A stretch of DNA of 64,000 nucleotides from a virus (Duplodnaviria; Caudoviricetes): the IMG/VR virus record IMGVR_UViG_3300042731_008397, positions 68,055-132,054 of that record, one strand, 5' to 3'. Made by a program: the position numbers and the translations under genes. Position 1 is the stretch's first letter; each line of letters opens with the position of its first letter. Shown here one piece after another: positions 9,694-19,811 of the stretch. The notes below the pieces were generated by a model. It did not search any database, was not told the origin of the DNA, and saw only the letters and a list, made by a program, of their open reading frames with translations.

Positions 9694-10095
9694 ATGTTAT
9701 TAGCAGACCAAGAAGTACAAGAACCAGGATTGGTTGTCCCGTTTCCTTGTAAGTCTACGTATACATCACCGGCTAAAGGTGACAAAGTAGAACTTACAGC
9801 AGACAATGAAGTAGCCCCTATTGCGGATGCGACTACTTCTAGTGCATACGTAGGCGAAGTGGAAACAATAAGTCCTGATGATACGGAAGTTCGAGTAAGG
9901 ACGCCATTCAGGAAAGTCATTACAGTATCATCTTACGCCGCTATTGCTAGTCCTGGATTAGGCGTTTGGGTTGGGCAGAAAGTTCGGTTGTATAATGATG
10001 GAGTGGATGTCAGTGGCTTAGCGATAGCTTCCCGAATGATGATTTTGGAAACAGCAACAGGTGCTGACGAAGATGTCCATATAGGTCTATATTAG
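9694..10095 (+). CDS. Capsid decoration/cement protein
   Basis: 133 aa beta-rich protein (KGDKVEL..YVGEV) between scaffold and capsid genes. Confidence 0.6.
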   Translation: MLLADQEVQEPGLVVPFPCKSTYTSPAKGDKVELTADNEVAPIADATTSSAYVGEVETISPDDTEVRVRTPFRKVITVSSYAAIASPGLGVWVGQKVRLYNDGVDVSGLAIASRMMILETATGADEDVHIGLY

Positions 10096-10154
10096 TAGGT
10101 CTTAGCTTGTATGGGCTATATTATTAACGTAGTAACATAACCAGGGAGAAAACT

Positions 10155-11426
10155 ATGTTACCAGAATTTCAAAGTTATAAAGATGGATTTCGTCCAGATT
10201 CTCCCAACAATTGGGGCTTCAAAAGCCAACTCCCTGAGATTTTCAGTGGACTCTATGAAACACGGTCGCATGGGTTGGATGTCAGTATTGAGCAGTACGT
10301 GTTTGCCTGGGCACAGAATAAGATTAGAACCCCGGAAGACAATGCTGCTCAAAAATTGATCGCTGCTGCAAAACAAAACGACCTTGAATTGGCTCGCCTC
10401 AAAAATGGGATCTTTGGACAACCAAGTGATGACGAAAAAATGCTTTTCGGCGCTCTTCTACATGATGTTGGGATAGAATGCCTGAATAATATTCGGGCAA
10501 TTAATTTGATCTCGGTCGAATATGGCTTGCGTGGGATTTTTAATGAATTAGTGCGCAGGGCTATTGTTGCTGGGATTAAGTTATCTCCAATCTATCCTCG
10601 TATTGTGGCAGAACAGCAGGCGTCGGCCAATGTGCCAACTGTATATATTCCTACAATCGACACAACGACAAGTGCTGCCGAGGCAGTTGGAGAGGCCGTT
10701 CAATTTCCTATGGCCGTGGCTGTGTTCAGTTCGCGGAGTGTAAACATGCGTAAATATGGACTTGCCTTACGAATTACAGATGAAGCCGTGCGGTATTCTA
10801 CTATGAATATCCTTCAATTGGTTCTGACCACGCAAGGACAAAAACTCGGAATGATTTTCGATGCCGCAGCCCTGTATGTTTCGCTCAATGGAGATCAGGT
10901 TGACAATTCTATGACGCCTGCTGTTATTGGCGTTACGAATACTGTAGATGGTTTTACCTATGCGGACTGGGTACATATCTGCCTGCATATGGCAGCAGTA
11001 GGGATGAGTCCCAATGTCATCATTGCTGGATTCACGGAATCTGAGAACCTGTTAAACATTGAAGAGTTCAAGGAGCCGATTTACCGGATTGGTGACCGAA
11101 CATTCATTCAAATTTCAGTACAAAATTTGATGATTCAAAAATCAGTAGAGATTTTGACAAAATCAAACTTTCCGGCGAATACAATCCAGGTCTTAGATAG
11201 TTCTAATGCACTTATTCAGTGCAATGGTCGCCCGCTGCTGACTGAGCAGGATCGAAATATCCTGAACGAAACGAATTTGGCAAAATTTTCTCAAGAAATT
11301 TGTTTTGCAAATGCCTTACGTGAGGCCCGCGTGACGGTACTAACGAATCAAACGAGAACATCACCATATACATTTGATGATTATGCATTTTTCGCACCTC
11401 ACGATAACGTTCCGATACAATTATAA
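10155..11426 (+). CDS. Major capsid protein (HK97 fold)
   Basis: 423 aa; AEAVGEA..FP, RKYGLALRITDEA, LLTEQDRNI motifs; strong RBS; position. Confidence 0.85.
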   Translation: MLPEFQSYKDGFRPDSPNNWGFKSQLPEIFSGLYETRSHGLDVSIEQYVFAWAQNKIRTPEDNAAQKLIAAAKQNDLELARLKNGIFGQPSDDEKMLFGALLHDVGIECLNNIRAINLISVEYGLRGIFNELVRRAIVAGIKLSPIYPRIVAEQQASANVPTVYIPTIDTTTSAAEAVGEAVQFPMAVAVFSSRSVNMRKYGLALRITDEAVRYSTMNILQLVLTTQGQKLGMIFDAAALYVSLNGDQVDNSMTPAVIGVTNTVDGFTYADWVHICLHMAAVGMSPNVIIAGFTESENLLNIEEFKEPIYRIGDRTFIQISVQNLMIQKSVEILTKSNFPANTIQVLDSSNALIQCNGRPLLTEQDRNILNETNLAKFSQEICFANALREARVTVLTNQTRTSPYTFDDYAFFAPHDNVPIQL

Positions 11427-11501
11427 CTAAAGTCCAATAGGACGGGGGGGGATAGATGAAAATATCTCCCCTATAATTCTACAATTAAGAAGGTGGAGTA
11501 C

Positions 11502-13163
11502 ATGAAAAAGTTCATATCACTTTTATGTATTATTGTAATTATTTTTGGCTTGAGTACGTTGTCATTTGGGGCTAAGTATACACGACATAATGCGGTGTAT
11601 GGAAAAAGTGGTGGTCTAAGTTATGATGCTGTATATGAGGCATTACAAGGGTACCAATTCCCTTTATCTATACCATTGCTGCAAACCCCTGAATTTGGTG
11701 GAACGACAAAAGCATTTGAGATCAATCGTTATATAGCGACAGCGGAAGCTGATGGTGCAGGGGGATTCACAATTGATAGTAATTTGCCTGCGCTTAGCTA
11801 TGTTCTTTATGTCCAAAGTCGTGTAGATGTGGCATTAACCGGGACTGCTACTAATTGGGATCTTACAGTAGGTTCTGGCGGACAAGAAGTCTGTTCTAAC
11901 CAGGCATTTACTCAAAATACCAAGTGCTCTGCATTTTATGACCCTAATGCAAACTCACCAGTATTATCTGCTGAAACAGATTTGTATATTGTTCCTGATT
12001 CTGGGAATATCACTGAAGGATTTATTACCGCAGTTGTGTATGTGCTAGAGGCGACCGATCTTGCGGACACTGTAGCGATGTCATTCTCAGGAGAGACTTT
12101 CAGTGAGGATGCTGCGAATGACGGGACAATCGATAACACAACTCCTGTTACGATTACCCTTACGGGGGAAACCTTTACTGGTAATGCTTCAGACGATTTT
12201 GTAGACGATGGTAAAGTTGTTGTGACAAATCTCCCTGAAGGGCTAACTGTTGTTGCCACTAGGACATCTGAAACTGTTTTAACACTTACAATTACCGGAA
12301 CTGCAACCGATCATAACAATGCTGACGATGTTACTACTCTGACCCTTACATTTCAAGATTCCGCTTTTGGGGCGACCGCATCAGAGATCATCAATTATGC
12401 GAAGGCAGACCTGACAGTTGACTTTAGTGCTCCTGTCCTAGCCTATAGTGGAGGTACTTTTGGTGAAGCAATTGAAAACGATGGATCAATTGATAATTCT
12501 ACACCAATTACAATCACATTAGCCGGAGACGTACTCACAGGAGAGAATTCTGATGATTTTGTGGACGAAGGAAAAATCGTTGTTTCTAACTTATCAACAG
12601 GATTGACAGCAGTAGCTACTAGAACATCATCCACAATTCTCTCGGTAACTTTGACTGGAAATGCCTCTGCTCATGCCGACGCTAACGATGTTGCCGATTT
12701 GACATTTACCTTCCAAAATACAGCTTTTACGAATTCAGATGCCAGTGAAGTAACAAATTATGCAAAAGCGGATTTAGCCATTGATTATGATGATCCTCCT
12801 GAACTGGCCTATAGTGCTAGTACGTTTACAGAACATGGCAATAATGATGGAACTATCGACAATAGCACACCGGTTGTGATTACGTTGACTGGAGAGACAT
12901 TTACTGGGTCGGATACAGATGATTTTGTTGACGGTGGTAAAATTGTTGTTACAAATCTTCCGGCGAATTTAGTAGCTGTCGCAACCAGGACAAGTAGTAC
13001 GACATTAAGTGTTACATTGACGGGAGCGGCAACAAGTCATGCAAATGCCGATGATGTGTCAGATTTGACCTTTACATTTCAAGACTCGGCATTTACGAAT
13101 GTTGCGGCGTCTGATATTACCAATTACGCCAAGAGTGATTTAGCCATTGATTTCTCTGATTAG
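11502..13163 (+). CDS. Signal-peptide protein with three ~121-aa beta-rich repeats
   Basis: MKKFISLLCIIVIIFGLSTLSFG; three repeats of F.E...NDG.IDN.TP..ITL.G...YAK.DL..D. Confidence 0.75.
   Translation: MKKFISLLCIIVIIFGLSTLSFGAKYTRHNAVYGKSGGLSYDAVYEALQGYQFPLSIPLLQTPEFGGTTKAFEINRYIATAEADGAGGFTIDSNLPALSYVLYVQSRVDVALTGTATNWDLTVGSGGQEVCSNQAFTQNTKCSAFYDPNANSPVLSAETDLYIVPDSGNITEGFITAVVYVLEATDLADTVAMSFSGETFSEDAANDGTIDNTTPVTITLTGETFTGNASDDFVDDGKVVVTNLPEGLTVVATRTSETVLTLTITGTATDHNNADDVTTLTLTFQDSAFGATASEIINYAKADLTVDFSAPVLAYSGGTFGEAIENDGSIDNSTPITITLAGDVLTGENSDDFVDEGKIVVSNLSTGLTAVATRTSSTILSVTLTGNASAHADANDVADLTFTFQNTAFTNSDASEVTNYAKADLAIDYDDPPELAYSASTFTEHGNNDGTIDNSTPVVITLTGETFTGSDTDDFVDGGKIVVTNLPANLVAVATRTSSTTLSVTLTGAATSHANADDVSDLTFTFQDSAFTNVAASDITNYAKSDLAIDFSD
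12078..13160 (+). repeat. Three tandem ~363-bp intragenic repeats
   Basis: Repeat units start near 12078, 12438 and 12804. Confidence 0.85.
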
Positions 13164-13188
13164 TGTAGTATTCTCACAGTTAGTTAAA

Positions 13189-13217
13189 GGGCAAGACCTA
13201 TAGGTCTTGCCTTTTTT
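13189..13217 (+). terminator. Rho-independent terminator
   Basis: ggcaagacc-tata-ggtcttgcc followed by a T-run. Confidence 0.8.
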
Positions 13218-13221
13218 GCTT

Positions 13222-13845
13222 ATGAAAACAACATTAACGCCAACAGCCATTTATGGTGGGTTTTGGATTGATCTTCCATCTGTATCAAGACAACCCGAAA
13301 TCGGGCTTGTTTCGCTTGTTTATACAAGACAGGGAATTTGGGTAGTTGACCATTGCGCGGGGTTCTTTTGGGAATCCTTTCAACCATTTATTCCTGTCTG
13401 GTGGTTCCGTTATCTTATGTTAACGGGCAAACCTCCGTCTTTGACACTTCTACAAGACCCGATTACTCCCATTTCTGTAAGGATTGAACAGTTAACGAAA
13501 GAGCAAAAACCGCATTATACTCCTATAATCGGATATCCTCAAGACCTGCAAGAATTTTATCAGGAAATCCATGCTGAATGGATACCTGTCCCCCAAAAAT
13601 GGGATTATTTCATCATGAGATTTAAGGCATCCCGTATTTTTTCGGGAAACCTACAGTGTGCGCCTCTTCAATTTCGTAATTACGGGGATCAACAGGCGGA
13701 GATTTATAGCACTCGCCACCTTCAGGCAGCTATTGGAATTGCCTTATCCCTTCACACCCATATATTGGGGCAACCAAAAAGAGAATTATTGACTGGCGTA
13801 CAGACCGTTCCTGAAGGAGTTTTCTGCGGCATGAAATGTTCTTAA
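13222..13845 (+). CDS. Hypothetical protein
   Basis: ATG after the terminator; no recognised motif. Confidence 0.5.
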   Translation: MKTTLTPTAIYGGFWIDLPSVSRQPEIGLVSLVYTRQGIWVVDHCAGFFWESFQPFIPVWWFRYLMLTGKPPSLTLLQDPITPISVRIEQLTKEQKPHYTPIIGYPQDLQEFYQEIHAEWIPVPQKWDYFIMRFKASRIFSGNLQCAPLQFRNYGDQQAEIYSTRHLQAAIGIALSLHTHILGQPKRELLTGVQTVPEGVFCGMKCS

Positions 13846-13927
13846 CAAGTTGCCCATATTTTCACGGGTGTTTTTCTGCTTGACAAAATTTCTTCTATGG
13901 TGATCTCTAGTAACATTACTAAAGATT

Positions 13928-14030
13928 ACTCTTTGGCGAACGTATGGATTAGCCAGAACGTGATAAGTTTTATTCCGAGTAGTTTCATAGGGGTATGACC
14001 TTCCAAGTCCTTAGAAACGAAATTCGACAA
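13928..14030 (+). repeat. Dispersed ~100-bp element A, copy 1
   Basis: ctctttggcgaacgtatgg...ttcataggggtatgaccttccaagtccttagaaacgaaattcgaca. Confidence 0.75.
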
Positions 14031-14053
14031 CATTTAGCAAGTGAGGTAATTGT

Positions 14054-14446
14054 ATGAAATGGGAAGAAATTTTGAACACAGAGCCTGTCTCTGAAATCCC
14101 GGAAAGTGTGGATGACATCATTGACAAGACCGTTACGGCGGTCAAGAATTTCCGTGAAATGATGGAAGAGTTCCTTACTATGGGCTTGAGTGACAAAAAT
14201 ATTGACAAGGCGGTCGGAGTCTTTGAAAAAGGCTACATCGTGTACCAGAATGCCGTCTTTTATGTGCAGGCGGTCGGTAGTAAGTTCGGTGATCTTCTTG
14301 ACACCTCCCGTGGTGGAAAAGCAGTCGAATTCAGTCAAAAGCTCCACGCAGCGGGCGCAGCAGAGATGTTTCGGTCTCTTCAGAACGTTTCAACCCCGTT
14401 ACCGTATTTATCCGAGTTCGGAGATGTACGGATGGACACCGTTTAG
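14054..14446 (+). CDS. Hypothetical protein
   Basis: GAGGT RBS, 130 aa. Confidence 0.6.
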   Translation: MKWEEILNTEPVSEIPESVDDIIDKTVTAVKNFREMMEEFLTMGLSDKNIDKAVGVFEKGYIVYQNAVFYVQAVGSKFGDLLDTSRGGKAVEFSQKLHAAGAAEMFRSLQNVSTPLPYLSEFGDVRMDTV

Positions 14447-14450
14447 AGGG

Positions 14451-15374
14451 ATGGACGGAACGCTTCTTTGCATTGGAGAACCAGAAGATTTATTGCCTCT
14501 CACCGAGGAACGGGTGGTCTCTCCATTGTTGGCAGGGTTGCAAGAACAGACCGATCTTGTCAGAATCCCCTATAGTCGGGTTACTAATTTCCACACCGCA
14601 AAAGAAGTTTTTCAAAGTCATCATTTCGGGAAAGTTCTCTTTTGTGATTTCTGGAATCCAGTATTGCCCGTTGTTGCCTACTATTTAGGGATGGCTGAAA
14701 TTCCATTGATCGGATTGTATTCTTATCCCCTGCCCCGTTTTCAATGGGAAGAGCGGGTAGTGGCAACAAATTTTGCCAATTTTGCCCAGTATCTCTATAC
14801 CGTTACGTTAACCAATTTAGAAATTTCCCTTGAAAAGGTCAAGTTGATCTCTTTTCCTTTGCTTCCAATAGATTGCCCGCCACGTAAGGGAAAAGAGTGG
14901 TTCCCGCGTCTTGTTTTCGCTTATCCCTGGGAGGAAATTTATGGGATTGCGGAATTTTTAGATTTTGTTGGCTATTTAAATTCTATACCTATACGGGAAT
15001 TTTTATCTATTACAGTAAGAAAATTCCCCGATTCGGTAATCCCTCAAGAGCTATTAGAGTCTTTACAGATAGAAGTTTTACCTGAGGAAACCTCGTTATC
15101 AGAAATTTTTAAAGAAGGCGGATATATCTGGGGAGATACGCCAGAAAGTGCTTACTTATTGATAGATGCCGTTATTAATGGGGCAAGTCCGTTTGTATCC
15201 CGAAAATCTTCTATCTTTGAAATTTTCGGAGAGGAACTCCGTTACGGTGAATTTGATGATGCCGTGAGGCGGATTGCTTCACGGCTTATATTGACAGATA
15301 TGCAGTGGCAAGAAGTCTGTCAAGCGGACAAACGAATTAAAGAAACCCTGATTACTCATATTCTCCAATTGTAA
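14451..15374 (+). CDS. Putative GT-B glycosyltransferase-like protein
   Basis: LFCDFWNP, RLVFAYPW and LLIDAVING.SPFV patterns; ATG with GAGG RBS at 14451. Confidence 0.4.
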   Translation: MDGTLLCIGEPEDLLPLTEERVVSPLLAGLQEQTDLVRIPYSRVTNFHTAKEVFQSHHFGKVLFCDFWNPVLPVVAYYLGMAEIPLIGLYSYPLPRFQWEERVVATNFANFAQYLYTVTLTNLEISLEKVKLISFPLLPIDCPPRKGKEWFPRLVFAYPWEEIYGIAEFLDFVGYLNSIPIREFLSITVRKFPDSVIPQELLESLQIEVLPEETSLSEIFKEGGYIWGDTPESAYLLIDAVINGASPFVSRKSSIFEIFGEELRYGEFDDAVRRIASRLILTDMQWQEVCQADKRIKETLITHILQL

Positions 15375-15379
15375 TTTTG

Positions 15380-15408
15380 TTGACTAATTCCTAACTGACT
15401 GGTATAAT
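15380..15408 (+). promoter_or_regulatory. Sigma70 promoter (probably leaderless)
   Basis: TTGACT-17-TATAAT, ATG 6 nt downstream. Confidence 0.7.
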
Positions 15409-15414
15409 GAATTT

Positions 15415-15969
15415 ATGAAACGGATTGGATGTATCATTGCAATAATCTTGATAAGCTTAGTTTGGGGGTCTACTCACATTACAATCCGTATTGAAACCAA
15501 TCCTGCTATTGAAGCGGCATTCCCCCAAGTTCAGACAGGACAAATTGCAGATGAGGCAGTGACACTTGTCAAGCTTGCGGCGTCACTTCAATCTGAATGG
15601 AATCAATTCAGGAATCTTGTTGGCGATACGAATGAAATCACATGGACAGTCTCAGCCGTTCAACAGATCACAGATCCCAACACAACACTCACCATAACAC
15701 ACGGGATTCAACAGTTTGAAGGGATCGGGGGCGTTATCCTGACATCGACTCCAACGATAGCTGACGGGATTGATGGACAGTTAGCGCGTATTCGATGCGT
15801 GTCTGACACGAATTTACTAATCTTTCAATCAGAGACGAATTATCCTGGCTCAGAATTAATTCTATCAAACGGGCAGGATTTCTACTGTGGTCACGGGGAT
15901 TCGATGCTATTGGCGTTCAACGGGCTAATTTCACGGTGGGAAGAGATTAGCCGAATTGATATACAATGA
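15415..15969 (+). CDS. Signal-peptide fibre-like protein
   Basis: Hydrophobic N-terminus; IADEAVTLVKLA fibre-type repeat; C-terminal domain paralogous to the next gene. Confidence 0.55.
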   Translation: MKRIGCIIAIILISLVWGSTHITIRIETNPAIEAAFPQVQTGQIADEAVTLVKLAASLQSEWNQFRNLVGDTNEITWTVSAVQQITDPNTTLTITHGIQQFEGIGGVILTSTPTIADGIDGQLARIRCVSDTNLLIFQSETNYPGSELILSNGQDFYCGHGDSMLLAFNGLISRWEEISRIDIQ

Positions 15970-15979
15970 GGTATTTATT

Positions 15980-17197
15980 ATGAAAAGATTACGATATGTC
16001 TTGATTGCATTACTTATTACGCATCTTTTGAGTGCAGTTCCTATCGAAGCGACTTCTTTGGGAGGAGCAGGGAATCAAAATGAGTGGGTGCTCCCCGATC
16101 TCAGAATCGGGGTATCTGGGACTGATTACACCTTCCCTTCCACAAGAGGGACGGAAAATCAAATTCTCAAACTTGATGCATCGGGGAATTTGACCTTTCA
16201 GGCTGATGCCGGTGGCGGTTCGGATGAGAAAGTCGGGGTTGATGCTCTCGCTACCCCAGATTATCTTGGGGCATCTGGAAGTACAGGGGTATTACGGATT
16301 GACTCTACAGGACTCACATATACTGATGGTGGAGATCATGTCACGTTAGGATGTGATGTCGCGGACACTGATACCGTAGGGTGTTTATCGGATACAGATT
16401 GGGATACATTTAACGGGAAACAAGATGCCCTGGTCGCTGGAACGGATTACGCGATCCCTGGTGCGAATGACGATATTACATCAATGACCGGGTTGACAGG
16501 TGATATTGGCTCCCCATCATCAATTACCTTTGCTGATGGCGGAGCTATCCGATCAAGTACTACGGATACAGACACGCTTTTAGGTCAAGTATGGGATGTG
16601 GACGGAGCATCCTACACAACATTTTTTACGGCGACTGTCGGGAACACTCCGACGTTTGATCTGGCCTCTTTCACGACCATTGGAGGCAGTTCTATTGGAA
16701 CCGTCACGTCAATTTCAGCCGGGAATGGGATGGATTTTACGACGATCACGGGAAGCGGTCCTGTAACGATGGGAACACCGGGGAGTCTAACTCCCTCGAC
16801 AACGAACGCGACGACTACAACAAGTCATACCCATGAAGTCACCGGGTTTTTAGTGACTGATGGGCTTCACACACAAACTCCCTCATCAGATACGGCGGTT
16901 GTTGCTGGAACGGCTCTTACTATAACCAAAGGGATTATGCGAATTGTCGGGTCTGGGGGCCCTGTCACAGTGACAGCAACTCCATCTATCGCAGACCTGG
17001 CAGATGGAACGTGTTTCGTGTTACAAGGCACGGATGACACGAACACCGTGACGTTTCAAAGTGAAGGGTCATTATCGGGATCAGGATTAACATTCAGCAA
17101 CGATCAAAATTTTACGTTTGGAAAAGGTGATATGATGCTCCTATGCCGAGACGATGGAGAAGATACACTATACGAGGTGTCACGGAGTGATAATTAA
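15980..17197 (+). CDS. Signal-peptide tail-fibre-like protein
   Basis: Signal ending PIEA; YTFPSTRGTENQILKLDASGNL, LSDTDWDTFNGKQDAL, GANDDITSM, GTVTSISAG fibre-type motifs. Confidence 0.65.
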   Translation: MKRLRYVLIALLITHLLSAVPIEATSLGGAGNQNEWVLPDLRIGVSGTDYTFPSTRGTENQILKLDASGNLTFQADAGGGSDEKVGVDALATPDYLGASGSTGVLRIDSTGLTYTDGGDHVTLGCDVADTDTVGCLSDTDWDTFNGKQDALVAGTDYAIPGANDDITSMTGLTGDIGSPSSITFADGGAIRSSTTDTDTLLGQVWDVDGASYTTFFTATVGNTPTFDLASFTTIGGSSIGTVTSISAGNGMDFTTITGSGPVTMGTPGSLTPSTTNATTTTSHTHEVTGFLVTDGLHTQTPSSDTAVVAGTALTITKGIMRIVGSGGPVTVTATPSIADLADGTCFVLQGTDDTNTVTFQSEGSLSGSGLTFSNDQNFTFGKGDMMLLCRDDGEDTLYEVSRSDN

Positions 17198-17198
17198 G

Positions 17199-17447
17199 AT
17201 GAAAGACCTAATATACATCACGATTATTTGTATCGTCTTATTTTTTTCATGGCTATCAAGGAATACTCCGTTAGAATATCTCGCATATATGTGTAATCGA
17301 AATCAATCACAGCCTCAGTATTTTTGTGGGGAGAACGACAATTCTATAGAAATAACACTCCCACCGGAAGTCAGTATTGTCGATATTCTTGAAACCCCAT
17401 ATTGGAGTGAGAAGTCATTGGTTCTTGGTTATGATGTACGGGAATAA
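17199..17447 (+). CDS. Small membrane-anchored protein
   Basis: N-terminal hydrophobic helix; closely spaced in the operon. Confidence 0.5.
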   Translation: MKDLIYITIICIVLFFSWLSRNTPLEYLAYMCNRNQSQPQYFCGENDNSIEITLPPEVSIVDILETPYWSEKSLVLGYDVRE

Positions 17448-17448
17448 A

Positions 17449-18231
17449 ATGAATATTCGTTTTAGAGTCTTCACGGTTATTTTCTGTTGTGTATTTCTGA
17501 TATATACAGCTAGGATCGTATCACAATCAGCCCAACTCGGAGGATCAGGGGCCTCAAATCCAGAATACTTTTCTGGAAAGGTCACCATCGCTGATAGTTC
17601 AACCACCCCACCGTTGAATCTGACAGAGCGTTCCACATCCCCTTCTAGCCCATCATCGGGGGACATTTACCTTGATGACGGAACAAACTGTACAGATGGC
17701 TCCAATCCCTGTTTACGGCGGTATACCGGGGCAGCCTGGGAAGATATTAACAATACTGGAAGCGGAAGTCCTTACACGGGAGACTACAAATGGTCAGCCC
17801 AAACGGCTGATCATGGTAACTGGTTACTCTGTGATGGAGGGACGGTGTTACGATCTTCATCGCTAGGGACACTTCTGGTCAGTTTAGGATTACCGTTTGG
17901 GGTCGGGGATGGAAGTACGACCGTCAATATCCCCGACCCGGCTGGACGGTCGTTGTTAGCAGCCGGGTCGGGAAGCGGGCTTACAACCCGATCTATCGGA
18001 GATTCAGGCGGAGAAGAAACTCATCAACTTACGATTTCAGAAATGCCTGCACACACCCATGATGCTCCTAACTCAAAAAATTTCATCACATCAACAGGGT
18101 CTTCTGGAGCAGCCGGAGGTGGATGGAATAGTGTAGAAACGTCCACAGCTTCAACGGGTGGAGACGGAAGCCATAATACGATGCATCCGTTCCTGGCAGT
18201 GGGGAACTTATTTATTTATGCTGGTTCGTAA
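17449..18231 (+). CDS. Tail collar domain fibre protein with signal-like N-terminus
   Basis: GNWLLCDG...FGVGDGSTTVNIPD..GR...GGEETHQLTISEMPAHTH...HNTMHP. Confidence 0.8.
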   Translation: MNIRFRVFTVIFCCVFLIYTARIVSQSAQLGGSGASNPEYFSGKVTIADSSTTPPLNLTERSTSPSSPSSGDIYLDDGTNCTDGSNPCLRRYTGAAWEDINNTGSGSPYTGDYKWSAQTADHGNWLLCDGGTVLRSSSLGTLLVSLGLPFGVGDGSTTVNIPDPAGRSLLAAGSGSGLTTRSIGDSGGEETHQLTISEMPAHTHDAPNSKNFITSTGSSGAAGGGWNSVETSTASTGGDGSHNTMHPFLAVGNLFIYAGS

Positions 18232-18247
18232 ATAGAGAGACTAACAC

Positions 18248-18961
18248 ATGAAACACTTTTCAGAAGGGAATACGATGGTTTTGATAGAAAACGCTATCGG
18301 AACCAAATTTCAATGTCCTGTAGAGGTTTTTATCATTCTGGAACCTGATTATGTTCCTGTCTCGGATCCGTATATTTCCCGGAAATGGACAGAAACGAGT
18401 CAGAGTAAAAGTACTGGGAAGCAACAAGTCTCGGATAGCTTCTACAATGAAACACGATTCAATAATTATGTAACCGCTCTCTCATCCTATCAAGCAGCGT
18501 ATTTACAGAATTATCTTTGTTTATCATCAGGGGTTGTTGAGGCTGTTTGTTCTTATGAGTTGGGATGGCAGTCTGCCGATCAACATCTCACGGTATCTCC
18601 TGCCGAATTAGAATCTCTTGATCCGATTATTCATGATTCAGGGATTCCACGATGGATTGAAGAAGTGACAACACCTGAGATTACTATTGATAGTGTGGGA
18701 CTACGTGTCAGAACCACCGCCGAAATGGAGGTCTTTCAGCAGTACCTGGACTGGGAGATTGAACAGGCGGCAGTTGACGCTCAAGCACAGGCTAAAATAG
18801 ACTTTTCGACAGTCCCGGAAGTATTGCGGACATATACGGCTGACGAAGCTGTTGCCTGGATTGAAACAAACGTGACCGATCTAGCGTCAATCAAAACCAC
18901 GTTAAAATATTTGGCGCAAGCCTATTGTTATTTGCGGGATTATGTCCGCATCAAGGGATAA
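18248..18961 (+). CDS. Hypothetical protein, possible fibre assembly chaperone
   Basis: Follows the collar gene. Confidence 0.4.
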   Translation: MKHFSEGNTMVLIENAIGTKFQCPVEVFIILEPDYVPVSDPYISRKWTETSQSKSTGKQQVSDSFYNETRFNNYVTALSSYQAAYLQNYLCLSSGVVEAVCSYELGWQSADQHLTVSPAELESLDPIIHDSGIPRWIEEVTTPEITIDSVGLRVRTTAEMEVFQQYLDWEIEQAAVDAQAQAKIDFSTVPEVLRTYTADEAVAWIETNVTDLASIKTTLKYLAQAYCYLRDYVRIKG

Positions 18962-18971
18962 TAGTTAACTT

Positions 18972-19811
18972 ATGGCACTTGTTACCAACCAACTTTTCAA
19001 TGAAGCTCCAAACGGTACAAGGACCACGTTCACGACAACACCAAAGGTGTTCGTTGTCGGGACACTTTGGGTCACACAAGGAGGGCTTGTCGTTTGGAAT
19101 TTTTCATATACAAACAATTACAAGATTAAATTTGATACCGCACCTGATCCGGCAAACGGGGATCTCCGTTGGTCTGGACAGCTTGCATTCGGCGATGAGA
19201 GTGAACCATCACAATTCCCTGCCTATACACTGACCAGTATGTGGACAGTGGCGTCGTTCCTGCTCTGGTATCGGTATGAACCAGAACAATTTATGCCCTT
19301 TGTAACATTTGTCAATTGGGAAGATTTTGAAAATTTTATAGGTAATCTCCTTCAACAGGCAGAAGGAAAACTCCAACGATATTTACGTCCATCAGACGAC
19401 TTTTACGACCGTGGAACAGCAGACCCAGTCGCTTCTGGTGATGAAGACATCGCATTATCTGTCAAGGAAGCAATCGCGTTACGAACATGCCAGATTATCC
19501 GTGATGTTTATGGTGTTGCTGGACAGCTTACTACTGTGCAAAACCTGAAAGAGCAGTCAATTACATTTGAAGGTGCGGGAGAAGTAGAACTAACGTATCG
19601 AAATCCTATCACAGAAGATATTGCCGCCCAAAACCTTATTAATCTCTCTGAAATACATATGTTCGATGCCTTGTTTGTCCCTCTTTTGAACCTATCTGGG
19701 AGCTTTGGGCGTGTGCTATCATTAGCCGATCTGCCTTCTCAGGTTGAAAGTACCTACTATTGGAATACTTCCTATCCAATTTTGGGAAATGTGGAAGAAA
19801 CTGCATTATAA
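18972..19811 (+). CDS. Putative head-tail adaptor/structural protein
   Basis: NEAPNGTRTTFT N-terminal domain; LLQQAEGKLQRYL..VKEAIAL helical pattern of connector proteins. Confidence 0.45.
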   Translation: MALVTNQLFNEAPNGTRTTFTTTPKVFVVGTLWVTQGGLVVWNFSYTNNYKIKFDTAPDPANGDLRWSGQLAFGDESEPSQFPAYTLTSMWTVASFLLWYRYEPEQFMPFVTFVNWEDFENFIGNLLQQAEGKLQRYLRPSDDFYDRGTADPVASGDEDIALSVKEAIALRTCQIIRDVYGVAGQLTTVQNLKEQSITFEGAGEVELTYRNPITEDIAAQNLINLSEIHMFDALFVPLLNLSGSFGRVLSLADLPSQVESTYYWNTSYPILGNVEETAL

